Assembly (NCBI RefSeq): GCF_018350175.1
Contig: NC_058385.1
Span: 60,016,001 to 60,080,000 of the forward strand
Source: Felis catus
Lineage: Eukaryota
DNA length: 64,000 nt
Direction of reading: 5' to 3'
A model generated the notes under the pieces. The model was not told the DNA's origin. It made no database searches and worked only from the letters and a program-made list of their open reading frames with translations. Positions 63,160-64,000 of this stretch are shown in pieces. Position 1 is the first letter of the stretch, and each line of letters opens with the position of its first letter. The position numbers and the translations under genes were made by a program.

Positions 63160-63850
63160 AACTCATTGAACACTTATTATGTGCTAGGCATTCCTTTAAG
63201 CACCACACATAACCTCACCTATTCCCTATCACCACCTCCATCTCCTAATTGGGAAAATGGAGCACAGAGGAATAAAGAAACTTCCCAAAGTCACTCAGCT
63301 AGAAAGAAATGGAGCCATTTGCTGGTAAACACCATACCTCTTATATTTAAAATAAACTGTAAACACCCATATGATAATTCTTAATCTTTTAATTTATCTC
63401 ATGCCTGCCCGCAAATATTTATCACGTGCCCACCTTCCACAAGCCATTATATTCAATACAGCTAGAATGCTATCTTACTGTTTTGTTTATTTGTTTGGAC
63501 TCCTATCTTAGAGGGACATGCCATGTAGGAGATCTCATGGTAAAGTGGGGAAAAGCATTAATCTCAGGAGTTAGTGTTCCAGTTCAACAGGCTGAATAGA
63601 GTAGTACTTAAGAGAACAGCTCTGGAGTTAGACTAGTTTTGTGACCTCAGACACATAATTCGATCACTTGAAACATCATCTTTAACTTACTGCTAAAATA
63701 CAGGTAAGAACATTACCTACCTCATTCAGGTATTTATTAATTCATTTAACAAATATTTATTGAGTATCTGCCACATGCCAGGCACGATTCTTGCCCATAA
63801 ATGAATTTAAAAACCCCTGCCTTTATGTAGTTTCCATTCTACTAGCACAG
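63160..63850. mobile_element. MIR (minus ~63160-63315), MIR (plus ~63600-63725) and L2 tail (minus ~63735-63850)
   Basis: cacttattatgtgctaggca...gcacagagg; ctctggagttagac...tgtgacctcag; ttcatttaacaaatatttattgag. Confidence 0.7.
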
Positions 63851-63898
63851 GAAGAGCTCAGACATGATTAATGTATATTAAAATGTGTAGCAAAATAT

Positions 63899-64000
63899 GG
63901 GGCGCCTGGGTCAATTAAGTGTCTGACTTCAGCTCAGGTCGAGAACTCGCGGTTTGTAAGTTCGAGTGCTGCATCAGGCTCTGTGCTGGCAGCTCAGAGC
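63899..64000 (+). mobile_element. CAN-SINE, cut by window end
   Basis: GGGGCGCCTGGG head with a small A-box deletion; GGCTCTGTGCTGGCAGCTCAGAGC. Confidence 0.93.

Noticed and set aside
1333-63384. The ORF-track entries as protein-coding genes
   Set aside because: All are short. Many translate SINEs (GAWVAQSVK, REREREK), microsatellites, L2 pyrimidine tracts or N-gaps. None resembles a cellular protein I recognise.

Overview
AT-rich mammalian genomic DNA, almost certainly from a felid or other feliform carnivore: it carries about 20 tRNA-derived CAN-SINEs of the SINEC_Fc type and a cat-type L1 3' end. It comes from a draft assembly with six N-gaps. I could not confidently identify any protein-coding gene. 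The ORF track is mostly SINE-, L1- and microsatellite-derived noise, and only the L1 ORF2 fragment at 15218-15448 is a recognisable protein. Repeats make up much of the window: CAN-SINEs, old L1M and carnivore L1 fragments, L2, MIR, hAT-type MITEs, MaLR/ERVL LTRs, and a gamma-type ERV remnant (full LTR plus env tail, 4347-5380). The most interesting non-repeat signals are: (i) a repeat-poor block at ~30.2-34.4 kb with a strong minus-strand splice acceptor and poly(A) signals, plus two upstream candidate exons that join in one open frame ending ...YKKSEV*; (ii) an overlapping CpG-undepleted segment with GC/CCAAT boxes and a plus-strand donor/acceptor pair, possibly an antisense transcript; (iii) a SINE head fused to a CpG-rich orphan sequence and an A-rich tail at 7.66-7.88 kb. 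Repeat family names are from recalled consensus sequences, not a database run. Boundaries of old repeats are approximate.
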